Origin: an uncultured Planctomycetaceae bacterium
GTDB lineage: Bacteria; Planctomycetota; Planctomycetia; Planctomycetales; Planctomycetaceae
Direction of reading: 5' to 3'
DNA: 64,000 bases
Assembly (NCBI GenBank): GCA_963815195.1
Contig: CAWFGE010000012.1
Coordinates: 384,001 to 448,000 of the forward strand
The position numbers and the translations under genes were made by a program. Below are positions 44,201 through 53,251 of this stretch, piece after piece (position 1 is the first letter of the stretch; each line of letters opens with the position of its first letter). The notes beneath the pieces were generated by a model, which saw only the letters and a list, made by a program, of their open reading frames with translations, searched no databases and was not told the DNA's origin.

Positions 44201-44818
44201 GTCCGATTCGACTTCCCGAAACCGCGCGGCTTCTTTTTCGTCGAGGCCGACCAATGCCAGCAAATCCACCCGCCCGCTGGACTCGTCGTACCAGGCGGCG
44301 GTGTCCGTTTGGTAAGTGTTCGCGTCCTCATCGACTTGCCAGAGCCGATGCCCCGCGGCGACTTCGTAGTTTTTGGGCGACTCTTCCCAGCGGACCTGGC
44401 CGGGCATTCGCACCCAAACGTCCGCCGAGCGGCCGTCTTTGGTGAACTTCAAATGCAGCGACTTCAGGGCGGCCGTCCGATCGAGAACGGTTCCCACGGT
44501 GAGTTCCCCGCGCACGGGGCCTTGGCCGAAAAACCACATCAGCGTGCCAAACAGGGCCGAGAGCGCGATCAAGGATTTGGTCAACATGCTTCTTCGCCTG
44601 GAACCAGCGGGAATGGAAGGAACGGAATCGGACGCAATCTGTCGAGAGGTCTGGGCCGTTGCGGACTCTGAAAACATCGCCGCACCGAGAGCCTTCACGC
44701 GGTCGGCGATTTCCGGTTGAAACGGAGCCGCGGTCTCATCGAGCACAGCCAGCCGGCGGGCGAGGAACTCCTCGTCGGTCGGATCGGGTTCGTGCGGGGT
44801 ATGGGAATCGGCAGTCAT
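35257..44818 (-). CDS. Giant (~3,180 aa) anti-sigma-like protein: TM, LolA-like, FecR-like, VIT, vWA, LolA-like, TPR (5 frameshifts)
   Basis: Six ORF pieces join through single indels near 43876, 37945, 37697, 36856 and 36510. VIT motifs (IARTTIEESF, FPLP..ASISGF, AREIYE, DPGLLE), MIDAS CDTSASM/T/IGDG, IPRLWA, TPYTSLLVLE and TPR-like helices. The exact 3' end is uncertain. Confidence 0.8.
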
Positions 44819-45429
44819 GGCAAATCCCCCTTGCGGGGTGCGAGTTCGGTCACGGCGTCTTGGTCAGGGTTTTGATTGCGGAACTCCCTTTCGTACCGGG
44901 CGCGGAAATCCCGCCGGGCGCGGGCCAGCCGGGAGCGAACCGATTCCTGCGTGCCGCCCAGCAATTGCACCAGCTCGATCACGCTTAGTCCGTCCAGGTA
45001 TTTTCCCGTCAAGAGCGCGGCGGAATCCGCGTGCATCTCGGCCAGGAGACAACGCACCAATTCAACGGTTTCCTCGCGCAACAAACGGTCCAGCGGATCC
45101 TGATTCGAATGGGGATGAATTGGGTCGGACCGAAGTTGAGTCACACGCGACGACTTGAGTTTTCGCCAATACAGAGCCGACTGATGATGCCCGATCGCCG
45201 CCAGCCACGGCCAAAGCCTCGTATCCTCGGCGAGAGCTCGCCCCGCCTTGCACGCGGCGAGCATCGTCTCCTGAAACACGTCGGCGACGGCTTCCCGGTC
45301 GCTTCCCACCAACCGGGCGACGTACTTCCACACGCGGGCACTGTACTCTTCGCAGAGCGCCTCCCAGGCGGCTCGGTCTCCCCGGCGGAGACCCCGGACA
45401 ATGTCCGCATCGGTTGATCTGTCACTCAC
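44815..45429 (-). CDS. ECF-type RNA polymerase sigma-70 factor
   Basis: GDRAAWEAL, ADVFQETML, WL..I and region 4 GLSVIEL...ESVRSRLARAR. Its stop overlaps the ATG of the giant gene (ATGA). Confidence 0.9.
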   Translation of the reverse strand: MSDRSTDADIVRGLRRGDRAAWEALCEEYSARVWKYVARLVGSDREAVADVFQETMLAACKAGRALAEDTRLWPWLAAIGHHQSALYWRKLKSSRVTQLRSDPIHPHSNQDPLDRLLREETVELVRCLLAEMHADSAALLTGKYLDGLSVIELVQLLGGTQESVRSRLARARRDFRARYEREFRNQNPDQDAVTELAPRKGDLP

Positions 45430-45550
45430 GAAAACTCCCGGCGAGTTGTGCGTCTAGAGAGAATTGCGCGAGCGGGCCAAATGTGTCGCCGAAAATGGAA
45501 AAATCCGCAGTTTTTCGATAAAAGCCGCAGAGCCGGATCGTTGGGGATTG

Positions 45551-47338
45551 CTACTCCGCTTCCTCCCTGACGCTGAATTCCAGTTTCCAGCGGGCGTCGG
45601 ATTTGCTGCTCACGCACCAGAGTTCCAGTAAACCCAGCTCCGTGATTTTGGAATGAAACCGCACGGGGACGTAGGGTTCGTCGATGGCATCGTCCGGCGG
45701 GAGGGTGGCTTCCATCGGGGCGGTTTCTTCGAGTTCCTCCGGCGACCACGCGGGGAGTACGGTGCCGGGCTCGTCCTCTTTGCGGATCGAGCTTTTGAAG
45801 AATCGGAACCGGGCCGGCTCGCCGACGACCAGGCCGATCTCTGACGAAGGCACATCGGCTTCGGTGCCTTCCTCCATGCCGATGGGCACGACGCACAACG
45901 CCCGGAGCGGCCGGGCCGCGCCGGGAATGGCGAGGCCGGCGGTTTCGATGCCGACGTAATACGACCGGGCCGTGCCGCCGCGGATGCGAATCCCGCCGTG
46001 CTTTTTGGACCAGCCATAAAACGCGGCCCCGCGGGCGACGGCATGGTCGAGATCCCGCGTGCCTTCGAGAATCGCGGGGGCTTCGCTTTTGCCGAACCAG
46101 CCGCCCATCACCTTGATGAGCCGGTTTGCAAAAGCTTCGCTTTTGAAGACGCCCCCGTTGAACAAAACCTGCGTCGGCCGGGCCGGGCTGTCGCCGCCGT
46201 GCGCCGAGAGGAACGCGGCGAGATGTTTCGTGACCGCGGCGTCGGATTCAAACGGCAGCCCGATTTCCTGAAAGCCCGACACTCGCTGCCGGGCCGGCTG
46301 GTCCGTGACTTTGCAGAGGGGGAAGAATCCGTCCATCAGCAGTTTTTGGGCCTGTTGTTTTTGGACTTCGACCGAGACCGTGCCGCCGATCAAGCGGCTC
46401 CCGCGGCCGAGGACCGAGATCGTGTGCTGCTCGGGGCCGTTCGGGTCCATCAATGTTTCCTTGGCGGCCCGGCAGGAATGCCACAGCGACACCGACTGCC
46501 AGGGATCGAGATTCAATCCCTTCTCCTGGAACAATGTTGCGGCATGATGGGCCAGCGAGAGGTCCATGTTGTCGCCGCCGACCAAGAGGTGATCGCCGAC
46601 CGCGAGCCGTTTGAGCACCAGATCGCCTGCTTCATCGACGACGGTGATCAGCGACAAGTCCGTGGTTCCGCCGCCGATGTCGCAGACGAGCAGATGGTCG
46701 CCCGCCTTGAGCAGCTTCCGCCAGCGGTCGCCGGTCTCGTTCAGCCAGCAATACACCGCCGACTGCGGTTCTTCAAGCAGCACGAGATTATCAGGTAATC
46801 CCGCGGCGAGCGCGGCTTCGCGGGTGAGTTCGCGGGCGGAGGCATCGAACGACGCCGGCACCGTGAGCACCACCGTCTGCTCGGTGATGGGGGCATCGGG
46901 GAACTGGTGCTCCCACGCGGCGATGAGGTGCTGGAGATACCGCTGCGAAGCTGTCACCGGGGAGATTTTGGGAACTTCGTCCGCCGCCCCCCAGGGCAGG
47001 ATCGCGGTGTGCCGATCGACTCGGCTGTGGCAGAGCCAGCTTTTCGCCGCCCCCACAGTGCGGTCGGGAAACTCGGCCGCCTGATCGCGGGCCAACCGGC
47101 CCACGGCGAAATCCCGGCCGGCCGCCCAGGGCAAATCATACGCCGCGCTCTCGGCTTCGTGCTCGCTCGCCAGATACAAAAACGAAGGCAGCGTGGTCGA
47201 GGGTTCCACCGTCCCCGCCGCCACGAGTTGCGGAATGGGCAACAGTTCAATCCGCGGCTCCTCGGCCTCGAGCGAAGCATAAGCCAACACGCTGTTCGTC
47301 GTGCCGAGGTCGATTCCAATCACATATTGTGCAGGCAT
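45551..47338 (-). CDS. Atypical Hsp70-family protein
   Basis: IGIDLGTTNS, TVPASF, LLEEPQSA, CDIGGGTTD, GGDNMD, LFNGG. The C-terminus is unlike the DnaK substrate-binding domain and lid. Confidence 0.9.
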   Translation of the reverse strand: MPAQYVIGIDLGTTNSVLAYASLEAEEPRIELLPIPQLVAAGTVEPSTTLPSFLYLASEHEAESAAYDLPWAAGRDFAVGRLARDQAAEFPDRTVGAAKSWLCHSRVDRHTAILPWGAADEVPKISPVTASQRYLQHLIAAWEHQFPDAPITEQTVVLTVPASFDASARELTREAALAAGLPDNLVLLEEPQSAVYCWLNETGDRWRKLLKAGDHLLVCDIGGGTTDLSLITVVDEAGDLVLKRLAVGDHLLVGGDNMDLSLAHHAATLFQEKGLNLDPWQSVSLWHSCRAAKETLMDPNGPEQHTISVLGRGSRLIGGTVSVEVQKQQAQKLLMDGFFPLCKVTDQPARQRVSGFQEIGLPFESDAAVTKHLAAFLSAHGGDSPARPTQVLFNGGVFKSEAFANRLIKVMGGWFGKSEAPAILEGTRDLDHAVARGAAFYGWSKKHGGIRIRGGTARSYYVGIETAGLAIPGAARPLRALCVVPIGMEEGTEADVPSSEIGLVVGEPARFRFFKSSIRKEDEPGTVLPAWSPEELEETAPMEATLPPDDAIDEPYVPVRFHSKITELGLLELWCVSSKSDARWKLEFSVREEAE

Positions 47339-47376
47339 GGTTTTGAGAGGGGCAGAATTCAGGGATTCGGAGTGAG

Positions 47377-47449
47377 TGAGGATAAATGTTAGAAGATAGA
47401 GGACGGCCTTCGCAAAACTCTATCCTCCATCTTCTAACCTCTATCCTCA
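47377..47449. repeat. Imperfect inverted repeat built from heptamers
   Basis: TGAGGATA...GTTAGAAGATAGAGGA vs TCCTCCATCTTCTAAC...TATCCTCA. Confidence 0.65.
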
Positions 47450-47488
47450 CGTTGAGAAAAGGTTGACCTTCAACACAATCAGGGCGGG

Positions 47489-48031
47489 TTATTTAATCTC
47501 GACTTCCGCCGGGGCGATGATTTTCGCGGCTTCGTCGCTGCCGGTCCATTCGGGGAGTTGGCACGCGGCGACTTGCCAGCCGTGGTGCGTCAGTGTCCCC
47601 TCGAACGGCGGTTCGCCGGAGACGTGGCCGACGAGGCGATAGCGGCCGGCGTCGAAGCCTTTGGGCACTTCGATTTTTGCGCCTTCGTTCTCCGAGAGCA
47701 CGGGCTTTGGGCCGAACATGCGGTTGACGACCGCCGCGAGGTTCCGGTGGATGTCCCGCACCGCGGCCCCGATTTGCTCGTCGCTCAAGCCGTCCAAGGG
47801 TTCCTTGACGAAGTCGATAAACCGCGCTTCCCGCTGGAGGGCCGCCAGGAGCGTCACCGCTTCGCTGCGGGCGGGCTTCTTGGGCGGGGCGGGTTTTTTC
47901 TCGGCCGGCTTGGGCTGTTCCAGCTTGGGCGTCTCGGGCCCAGCGTGCAGAGCCTGGTCGATCCGCTCGGCCATCTCGCGATTGAAAAGAGCCTTGAAAA
48001 ACGCCTGAAAAGCCACCGCAATTCGGGCCAT
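47489..48031 (-). CDS. DUF2760-domain protein
   Basis: LLAALQREARFIDF.KE, IGAAVRDIH, G.L.HHGW, IIAPAEVE. Sits next to Hsp70, as expected for this family. Confidence 0.85.
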   Translation of the reverse strand: MARIAVAFQAFFKALFNREMAERIDQALHAGPETPKLEQPKPAEKKPAPPKKPARSEAVTLLAALQREARFIDFVKEPLDGLSDEQIGAAVRDIHRNLAAVVNRMFGPKPVLSENEGAKIEVPKGFDAGRYRLVGHVSGEPPFEGTLTHHGWQVAACQLPEWTGSDEAAKIIAPAEVEIK

Positions 48032-48133
48032 GAGCTTTGATCCTGTCCTGCTTCAAAAGATGAAATTCGACGATGAGACCGACTGGTATGGTAGGTTTCC
48101 CACGGCCAGATTGGTAGCCCCGGCGGGCGCACG

Positions 48134-48169
48134 AAAAAAGCGAGCGGCCGTTGGATTTCGGCCGCTCGC
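48134..48169 (-). terminator. Intrinsic terminator of the DUF1559 gene
   Basis: 11-bp stem GCGAGCGGCCG/CGGCCGCTCGC followed by T6 on the minus strand. Confidence 0.8.
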
Positions 48170-48207
48170 CGTTGTGCTTCATCGGAAGGCGTTCTGAGAT
48201 TCTGTTG

Positions 48208-50318
48208 CTAGCGATCCAGTTCCCGCGGTGCGGCGGGGTCAAAACGTCGGACCTCCTCGCCGAAGAGTTTCGCCCGGTCGATGACTTCGTTGCCGCCAAT
48301 CGTGAGCAGGGCCTTCAGGTCCTTCGCATCCAATTGAGGATCGAGCGTGAGGACGCGGCCGTCGGCGAAGAGCGCCAGAAAGCCGCCGTCAACGCCGCCC
48401 AGAATCTCGCCGGCTTTGGCGGGATCCAGATCGAATCCGCCCGGCTTGGTCCAGGGCTCCGCCTTATCGGGTTTCACGGTCAGCACGATAATGCTGTTGG
48501 ACGCGCCGTCGGTCACGTCGCGAAAACTTCGCGATTTGTCGCCGTCAATTACAAATCCTTTGCCGGCAGGGGCCACGTATTGGGTATAGCCGGGTTTGGC
48601 GTCGTCGCTGAGCTTGTAAACGTCGGGCATCTTGTCCAACAGCGCTTTGTTGTGCGGGCTGTCCCAAGGCTCGTCAAGTTTGAATTGCTCGTAAAGCGGG
48701 GCCTGGTCAATAAAAGGCAGCAAATGCACGCGCCAGCTGAGTTTGCCCTTTCGCTCCGCCGGTAACTCGGACGTGCCAGCTGGGAAGGGAAACATTTTGA
48801 AAGTGTCGTGGTAATTGTGGCAGGCAATGCCGATTTGCTTGAGGTCGTTCCGTTTCGTCGCATCCTTGGCTTTTTCTTTCGCCACGGCCGCGATTTTCTT
48901 GGCGACCTCGGTGGCGGATTGGGGGACGTGGATGTTGAGTTGGAACTTCCGTTCGTCCGCGGTCCCTTTGGCTCCGATGTAGACTTCCTGCACCAGCTTG
49001 CTCACCTCGCCGCCCAGTTCCTCGCCCAAGTCCTTTTTGGCCAACTGGGGCAATTGACCGTTGATGAAGACCGCGGCCATGGCGTAGCCCAGATCGAACG
49101 ATTGTTTAATCGTCTTGGTGGCCTGGGCGTCGTTGGTGTCCACAACCACGTTGAGGTCCAGACCGTCCTGAAAGTCGAGAAACAACGAAAGGGCTTCGAG
49201 TTGCTGGGGGAGTTGCGCCAGCCCTTTGAGCTGCCCCTGCATTTGCTGGTCGGCGATCGCCGCGGGCATCTGCAGCAGGCCGCGGAAGGAATCCACTTCC
49301 GCCATAATCGCCACGTCGTGATCGAATCCGTTGTTGATCGCCCGCTGGACGATTTTCGATTGCGTTTGGTTGTCGAGCACCTCGGCCATGTCGTCCCGGT
49401 GCGTCGCCACCAACGTGGTCGGGTTCGGCATGAAATACGCGGAGCGTCGGGATCGTCGACGACGCGATATTTGACTCCGTTGTGGGTCGCGTCTTTCGTG
49501 GGGATGTTGCCTTTGGCTTCGAGCGTTTTGAGATCGATCGGCTGGGCGAATTGAACGATCAGGACGGCATCCATCTTGGGCAAGGGCAAACCGCCGGGGC
49601 CGCCCGGTCCGCCAAACTCCGGTCCGCCGGGACCTTCGGGCGGAAACGGCTGGTCTTGAAACTCGGCTTCGGGCTGAGCGGTGCAATCATCGGGGGCTTT
49701 CAGCGGCGGGCCCTTGGGAGCCGCTTCTTTCGGGAAATCCTTTGGGAATTCCCCCGCTTCTTCCTTCTCGAATTCGATTGCATCTCGTCTCTCGCGCACA
49801 CGCCGCGGTCCGAACGGGATATGCCCGTCGCCTTGCCAAAAGGCGATGGTGACCCGCTCGACGTTCCGCGGATCGATGCCTGACATCTGCTTCGCCTTAT
49901 CCAACTGCTCGCCGAGCGGGAGTTCCTCTTCGGGAAAGGCCTTGAGCAAATTGCTGCCCAGCACCGAACTCGGGCGGGCGCTCAACAGGACCACGGCATC
50001 GCTCGGGATGTACCGAAAATCGGCGAATTCCTTCGGCAGCGCGCTGACGTTGGGGCCGGCCGACTTTGCGTTGTTCGCGGCGTTATTGGCGGTCGTGGTG
50101 CCGGGCGTCTTCGGCGTCGGTGTGGTGCCGGGCTTGGGGGGTGCCGGCTTGGGATTTGTGTTTTGGGACGGCGGGTTGGAAACAGTTTCCTTTTTCGGGG
50201 GCTTGACATCGGCCCCGGCGGGGCTCGGCGATTTGTCGGTTTTGTCTTCGGATTTGCCGCCGCAGCCGGCGGGCAGGAGCAGCAGCGCTCCCAATAGAGC
50301 GATTCCCAATTGACGCAT
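48208..50318 (-). CDS. DUF1559-domain lipoprotein (frameshift near 49440)
   Basis: Lipobox PAGC and Pro-rich linker. NDLKQIGIACHNYHD, LSWRVHLLPFI, EPWDSPHN, TDGASN, WTKP, FADG. Confidence 0.85.
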
Positions 50319-50549
50319 CCTGTTTCCTCCCTATCAAAGACTCGGCGGAACGATCGTGATTCGTTGTTCGACCTGGAAAGAAACGCTTCCGCCTGAAGGA
50401 ATTCTTCCCAGGAATCTCCCGATACTGTAACGCCCGGGAGCCGATTTCGCGAGGACCAATCCGCCGCGTTTTCGGGGATTCTCAAACTGTCGAAAAGCCG
50501 ACCACGAAACACACAAAATACACAAAAAAGGGCTCGAAACTCCAAACTC

Positions 50550-52082
50550 TCACGCAAAGACCCGGCGGCCGAAGCGTTCGACGAGGGCTTGAACGCAGTT
50601 TCCACTGAGATGGTTCATTCGCAAATCCAAAAATTCCAAAGAATCGAGAAAATCGCTCGCCGCAATCGCCTGGGCGCCGCGCTCGCCCACCTGGGTTCCC
50701 GCGAGATCCACGATTCGCAGGCCGGACGCGGCGGGGGATTCCGCGAGCGCAATGGCGGTCTGGTCGCCGACCCCGGTCCCGGCGAGATCCAGCACCTCGA
50801 GTCGCGGGAAATCGCCTTCCGCGAGCGCTGCGCCGCTTCGGTCGGAGATCTCGGCGTTGCCCCGCAAATGGATCGCTTCCAGGTTTTCTCCAAATCGCGT
50901 TCCCGCCAATTCCAGCACCCCGGCTTCACCGATGCGGTTGTGCTCCAAATGGATCGCTTGAAAGGAACTTAAGGCCGGCGATTTGGCGAGGGCCGTCAGG
51001 CCCGCATCGCCAATGACGTTCCGCTGAAGCTCCACCCGCCGCCGTTTCGCCGACGGCTCGGCGTCGGTCAACCGCATCAGCCCGCGGTCAGTGATCTCGT
51101 TGTTCCACAGATTCAACGAGGCCAACTGCGGCCAGAGCCGGGTTTTGATCAAGGCCTCGATCCCGGCATCGCCGACGCCGCAGGCTTTGAGGCCGAGGTG
51201 CGCGAGTGCCGGAAACTTCTCCAAGCCGACGAGGGCGATCATATTGCTTTGGCTGCCCAGTCGATTGCCCGCGAGATCGAGCGTGTCCAGGTTTTGGAGG
51301 TGGTCGGAATATGTCAAAATCAGGACGTGGTTGATGCTCAAACGGTTGGACCTTAACACCAGCCTCCGCAGGTCCTCGACGCAGCGGGCCGTCGCGAGGG
51401 ATTGAAACGTATCCAGGCCCAGCCGGATCCCCGTGGGCAGAATATTGTTGCGGGACAAATCGAGCGTCCGCAGCGTCAAGTTGCCGCAGGCCAGGACGCC
51501 GCGGAGTTCCTCGTTGCCGAACGACGCGTCCGACAGATCGAGCGTTCGCAGATTCGCGAGATACGGCGAACGCAAGAACCGCTGGATCGCCGTCGCCTGG
51601 TCGTAAACCATGCCGCGTCCCCGGCCAAAGTCGGCGGAGAACCGCAACTCGGCGATGCCTTGCAAAGCGGGGCAATCGGCGAGCGGCTCCACCGAGGAGG
51701 CGTTCACGTTGCGCAGATTCAAGGAGCACAACAGTGGAAACGCCTGGTGGAAGAAATCGCCGCATTCGATGAACTCCCGGGCGCTGATGCTGAGTCCCTC
51801 CACAAACCCGCGGCGGAATTCCCACGCCGCGGTTTTCAACTTGCGGCCTTCGATCGGCCGGAGCCAATCGGTTTTGTAGTCCTCCAGCAATTCTCGTTCG
51901 CGCTGCCGGAGCCAGCGGTTTTTGAGCGCCGAAAGCCCCGGCTGCTCCAGTTCGCACTGGGCGCGGATAAACTCCCCGCGCGGGTCCCCCTGTTCATCGA
52001 GCCAGTCGGCGAAAATCAGGCGGGGGACCGGGTTGTCCAGGTCCGCGCGGATGATTTCCAAAAACTCGCGTTCGGTGGTCAT
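50550..52082 (-). CDS. TIGR02996 (repeat-companion) domain + LRR protein
   Basis: FLEIIRADLDNPVPRLIFADWLDEQGDPRGEFIRAQC, FRRGFVE, then 28-aa LRRs. Confidence 0.9.
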   Translation of the reverse strand: MTTEREFLEIIRADLDNPVPRLIFADWLDEQGDPRGEFIRAQCELEQPGLSALKNRWLRQRERELLEDYKTDWLRPIEGRKLKTAAWEFRRGFVEGLSISAREFIECGDFFHQAFPLLCSLNLRNVNASSVEPLADCPALQGIAELRFSADFGRGRGMVYDQATAIQRFLRSPYLANLRTLDLSDASFGNEELRGVLACGNLTLRTLDLSRNNILPTGIRLGLDTFQSLATARCVEDLRRLVLRSNRLSINHVLILTYSDHLQNLDTLDLAGNRLGSQSNMIALVGLEKFPALAHLGLKACGVGDAGIEALIKTRLWPQLASLNLWNNEITDRGLMRLTDAEPSAKRRRVELQRNVIGDAGLTALAKSPALSSFQAIHLEHNRIGEAGVLELAGTRFGENLEAIHLRGNAEISDRSGAALAEGDFPRLEVLDLAGTGVGDQTAIALAESPAASGLRIVDLAGTQVGERGAQAIAASDFLDSLEFLDLRMNHLSGNCVQALVERFGRRVFA

Positions 52083-52230
52083 GTTGAATGCTTCATGGCG
52101 AGCGTGGGGCGCCGGCCCCATGATTTCATCAACAACCAGGCTTGAGATTGCCGGTTTTGCACTGTAACTTCGCGTTTCCAACGGACATTCACGTTCCCCC
52201 GTTTTACGCTGAATCCATCCTCCCCGCCAG

Positions 52231-53016
52231 ATGACTCCCGATCTTGTTGCTCAAATTCTGTTGGCGTTGTATGGGCTCGTGCCCGTGGCGGTCATGGTGC
52301 GAACGGCCCTTGCCTGCCCGGCGGGGCCGACGGTTTGGCTCTTGAATGTCGTCAACCGCTTGTACCTGGGGATCTTTTATCGCTGCCGCAGCCGGCCCTG
52401 CCCGGTTCCCGGGACAGGGCCGGCCTTGATTCTCGGAAACCACCGCAGCCCGGTCGATCCGTTGTATCTGTGGTTCGCCTGCTCCTCGGGCAACGCGGGG
52501 GCGCCGCTGCGTCCCATCGGGTTTATGATGGCCAAGGAATATTACGACCTGCCGGTGTTCAATTTCTTCTTCCGGGCCCTGCGTTCGATTCCCGTCGAGC
52601 GAAAAGGGGCCGATATGGGACCGGCCCGCGAAGCTCTCCAGCATTTGAAGAACGGCGAACTCGTCGGCCTGTTTCCCGAAGGCCGGATCAACCGCGGCCG
52701 CGATCTTTTGCCCGCGAACCCCGGCATCGCCTGGCTCGCCCTCCGCGCACAGGTCCCCGTGTATCCCGCCTTCATCCACAACGCCCCGCAAGGCGAGAGC
52801 ATCACCGAGCCATTCTACACCCCGACCCGCGTGTGGGTCGAATTCGGCGAGCCGATCGATCTGTCGCCCTATTACCAGGAACGCAAAACGCAGGAACTCC
52901 TCGACCAGGTCACGCATCTGTTGATGACCCGCCTCGCCGAGTTGGGGGGCGTCGAATATCCGTATGAAGTCGAAGAGGATAGCGGCGCGTCCCAAAACCG
53001 CGCGTCCTCCGCGTAA
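52231..53016 (+). CDS. plsC: Lysophospholipid (1-acyl-G3P) acyltransferase
   Basis: NHRSPVD, IPVER, FPEGRI, FGEPI. Confidence 0.85.
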   Translation: MTPDLVAQILLALYGLVPVAVMVRTALACPAGPTVWLLNVVNRLYLGIFYRCRSRPCPVPGTGPALILGNHRSPVDPLYLWFACSSGNAGAPLRPIGFMMAKEYYDLPVFNFFFRALRSIPVERKGADMGPAREALQHLKNGELVGLFPEGRINRGRDLLPANPGIAWLALRAQVPVYPAFIHNAPQGESITEPFYTPTRVWVEFGEPIDLSPYYQERKTQELLDQVTHLLMTRLAELGGVEYPYEVEEDSGASQNRASSA

Positions 53017-53058
53017 GACGCGTTTCCAAGATCCAAACCCTGCGCGTCGGGCGTGTAA

Positions 53059-53134
53059 CCAGAGCCGCGCACGAAGTAAGCGGTTTTTCTAGATTGACAG
53101 ATCGCAATACCGCTTACTTCGTGCGCGGCTCTGG
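53059..53134. repeat. 26-bp perfect inverted repeat (REP pair or terminator) between convergent genes
   Basis: CCAGAGCCGCGCACGAAGTAAGCGGT / ACCGCTTACTTCGTGCGCGGCTCTGG. Confidence 0.85.
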
Positions 53135-53151
53135 GGTTTTTTGGAACGACT

Positions 53152-53210
53152 GACATTCGGATTTGGGGTTTTGGATTTGTTTCGGATTTCGAATTTCGTG
53201 CTTCGAATTT
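53152..53210. repeat. Heptamer-based repeat, inverted copy of the 10945/30792 family
   Basis: GACATTCGGATTTGGGGTTTTGGATTTGTTTCGGATTTCGAATTTCGTGCTTCGAATTT. Confidence 0.75.
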
Positions 53211-53251
53211 GCACCAGAAAACGCGCAAAATCGCGTACGCTGAATTAGCGC

